Assembly: GCA_030429735.1 (NCBI GenBank)
Contig: JAUIET010000014.1
Span: 6,252-70,251 of the forward strand
DNA length: 64,000 bases
Reading direction: 5' to 3'
Source: Gammaproteobacteria bacterium
GTDB lineage: Bacteria > Pseudomonadota > Gammaproteobacteria > Pseudomonadales > JAUIET01
Within the stretch, counting starts at the first letter, position 1. Each line of letters starts with the position of its first letter. Position numbers and translations under genes: made by a program. Positions 63,141 through 64,000 of this stretch are shown here, piece by piece. The notes under the pieces were generated by a model, which saw nothing but the letters and a program-made list of their open reading frames with translations, was not told the origin of the DNA and did not search any database.

Positions 63141-64000
63141 TTAAACGTCGCCGCTGCTAGCGGCTGACGTTCTTTTGTTGGTGTTTTGCTGCGCCATGGC
63201 TTCTTTCGCTAACTCCGCGATCCCACCAACAGCGCCAATAACACTGGCTGCCTCCACCGGGAGCATCAGCAATTTCTGATTTGGCGACATAGCAATCGAC
63301 TTAAGCGCGCCGATGTATTCCTGTGCAACGAAATAATTGATTGCTTGAACGTCGCCCGCCGCAATAGATTCGGATACCATCTGCGTCGCAGCCGCTTCCG
63401 CCTGAGCCTCACGCTCTCTGGCTTCGGCATCGCGAAATGCAGCTTCCTTGCGGCCTTCAGCCTCGAGAATGGCCGCTCTTTTTTCGCCTTCTGCGCGCAG
63501 GATTTCTGACTGTCGTTCGCCTTCCGCTTCCAAAATAGTTGCGCGCTTTTCGCGCTCGGCTTTCATCTGCCTGGCCATGGCGTCCACCAGATCGCGCGGC
63601 GGGGCAATATCCTTAATCTCGATGCGCGTCACTTTTACACCCCAGGGCGTGGTCGCTTCATCAACCACGGTGAGCAACCTGGCATTGATATCATCGCGGC
63701 GCGACAGCAATTCATCCAAGTCCATCGAGCCCATCACGGTTCGGATATTTGTCATGACCAGGTTCAGAATCGCGAGTTGCAACTGGCGCACTTCATAAGC
63801 CGCTTTGGCGCTGTCGAGCACCTGATAGAAGACAACACCATCCACCGTAACCATTGCATTGTCGCGGGTTATCACTTCCTGCGAAGGCACGTCCATGACT
63901 TGTTCCATCATGTTCATTTTGGCGCCTATTTTATCCACAAAAGGCACAATGAAATTCAGGCCAGGCCGCAAGGATTTTGTAAAACGGCCGAAGCGTTCCA
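63141..64000 (-). CDS. qmcA: SPFH/band-7 protein (QmcA-like), 5' end outside the window
   Basis: ERFGRF...[17 protein letters not shown] and [10 protein letters not shown] motifs; the frame is open to the window edge. Confidence 0.9.
   Translation of the reverse strand, partial: ERFGRFTKSLRPGLNFIVPFVDKIGAKMNMMEQVMDVPSQEVITRDNAMVTVDGVVFYQVLDSAKAAYEVRQLQLAILNLVMTNIRTVMGSMDLDELLSRRDDINARLLTVVDEATTPWGVKVTRIEIKDIAPPRDLVDAMARQMKAEREKRATILEAEGERQSEILRAEGEKRAAILEAEGRKEAAFRDAEAREREAQAEAAATQMVSESIAAGDVQAINYFVAQEYIGALKSIAMSPNQKLLMLPVEAASVIGAVGGIAELAKEAMAQQNTNKRTSAASSGDV

Overview
Gene-dense chromosomal segment, most likely from a marine gammaproteobacterium (Cellvibrionales/OM60-like gene repertoire; inferred). 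About 55 CDS; no rRNA, tRNA, CRISPR array, transposase or phage genes recognised. Housekeeping genes (trxB, rluA, rimO, rsmE, msrA, ribB, rraA, qmcA) are mixed with lipid/steroid-type catabolic enzymes, two TonB-dependent receptors and three hybrid histidine kinases. Main findings: (1) two adjacent genes that the ORF track splits at in-frame TGA codons look like selenoproteins (AhpD-like C-F-Y-U-T and peroxiredoxin-like W-U-P-F-C), each followed by a SECIS-like hairpin; (2) a TonB receptor - YfiR - 1658-aa kinase/phosphorelay/EAL operon; (3) a bacterial cereblon (CULT) gene heading a run of RNA/ribosome modification genes; (4) a quinohemoprotein dehydrogenase broken by a single amber codon; (5) a 101-bp palindromic element that supplies a stop codon; (6) a kinase with duplicated HPt domains. 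All calls come from reading motifs by eye; no searches were run.
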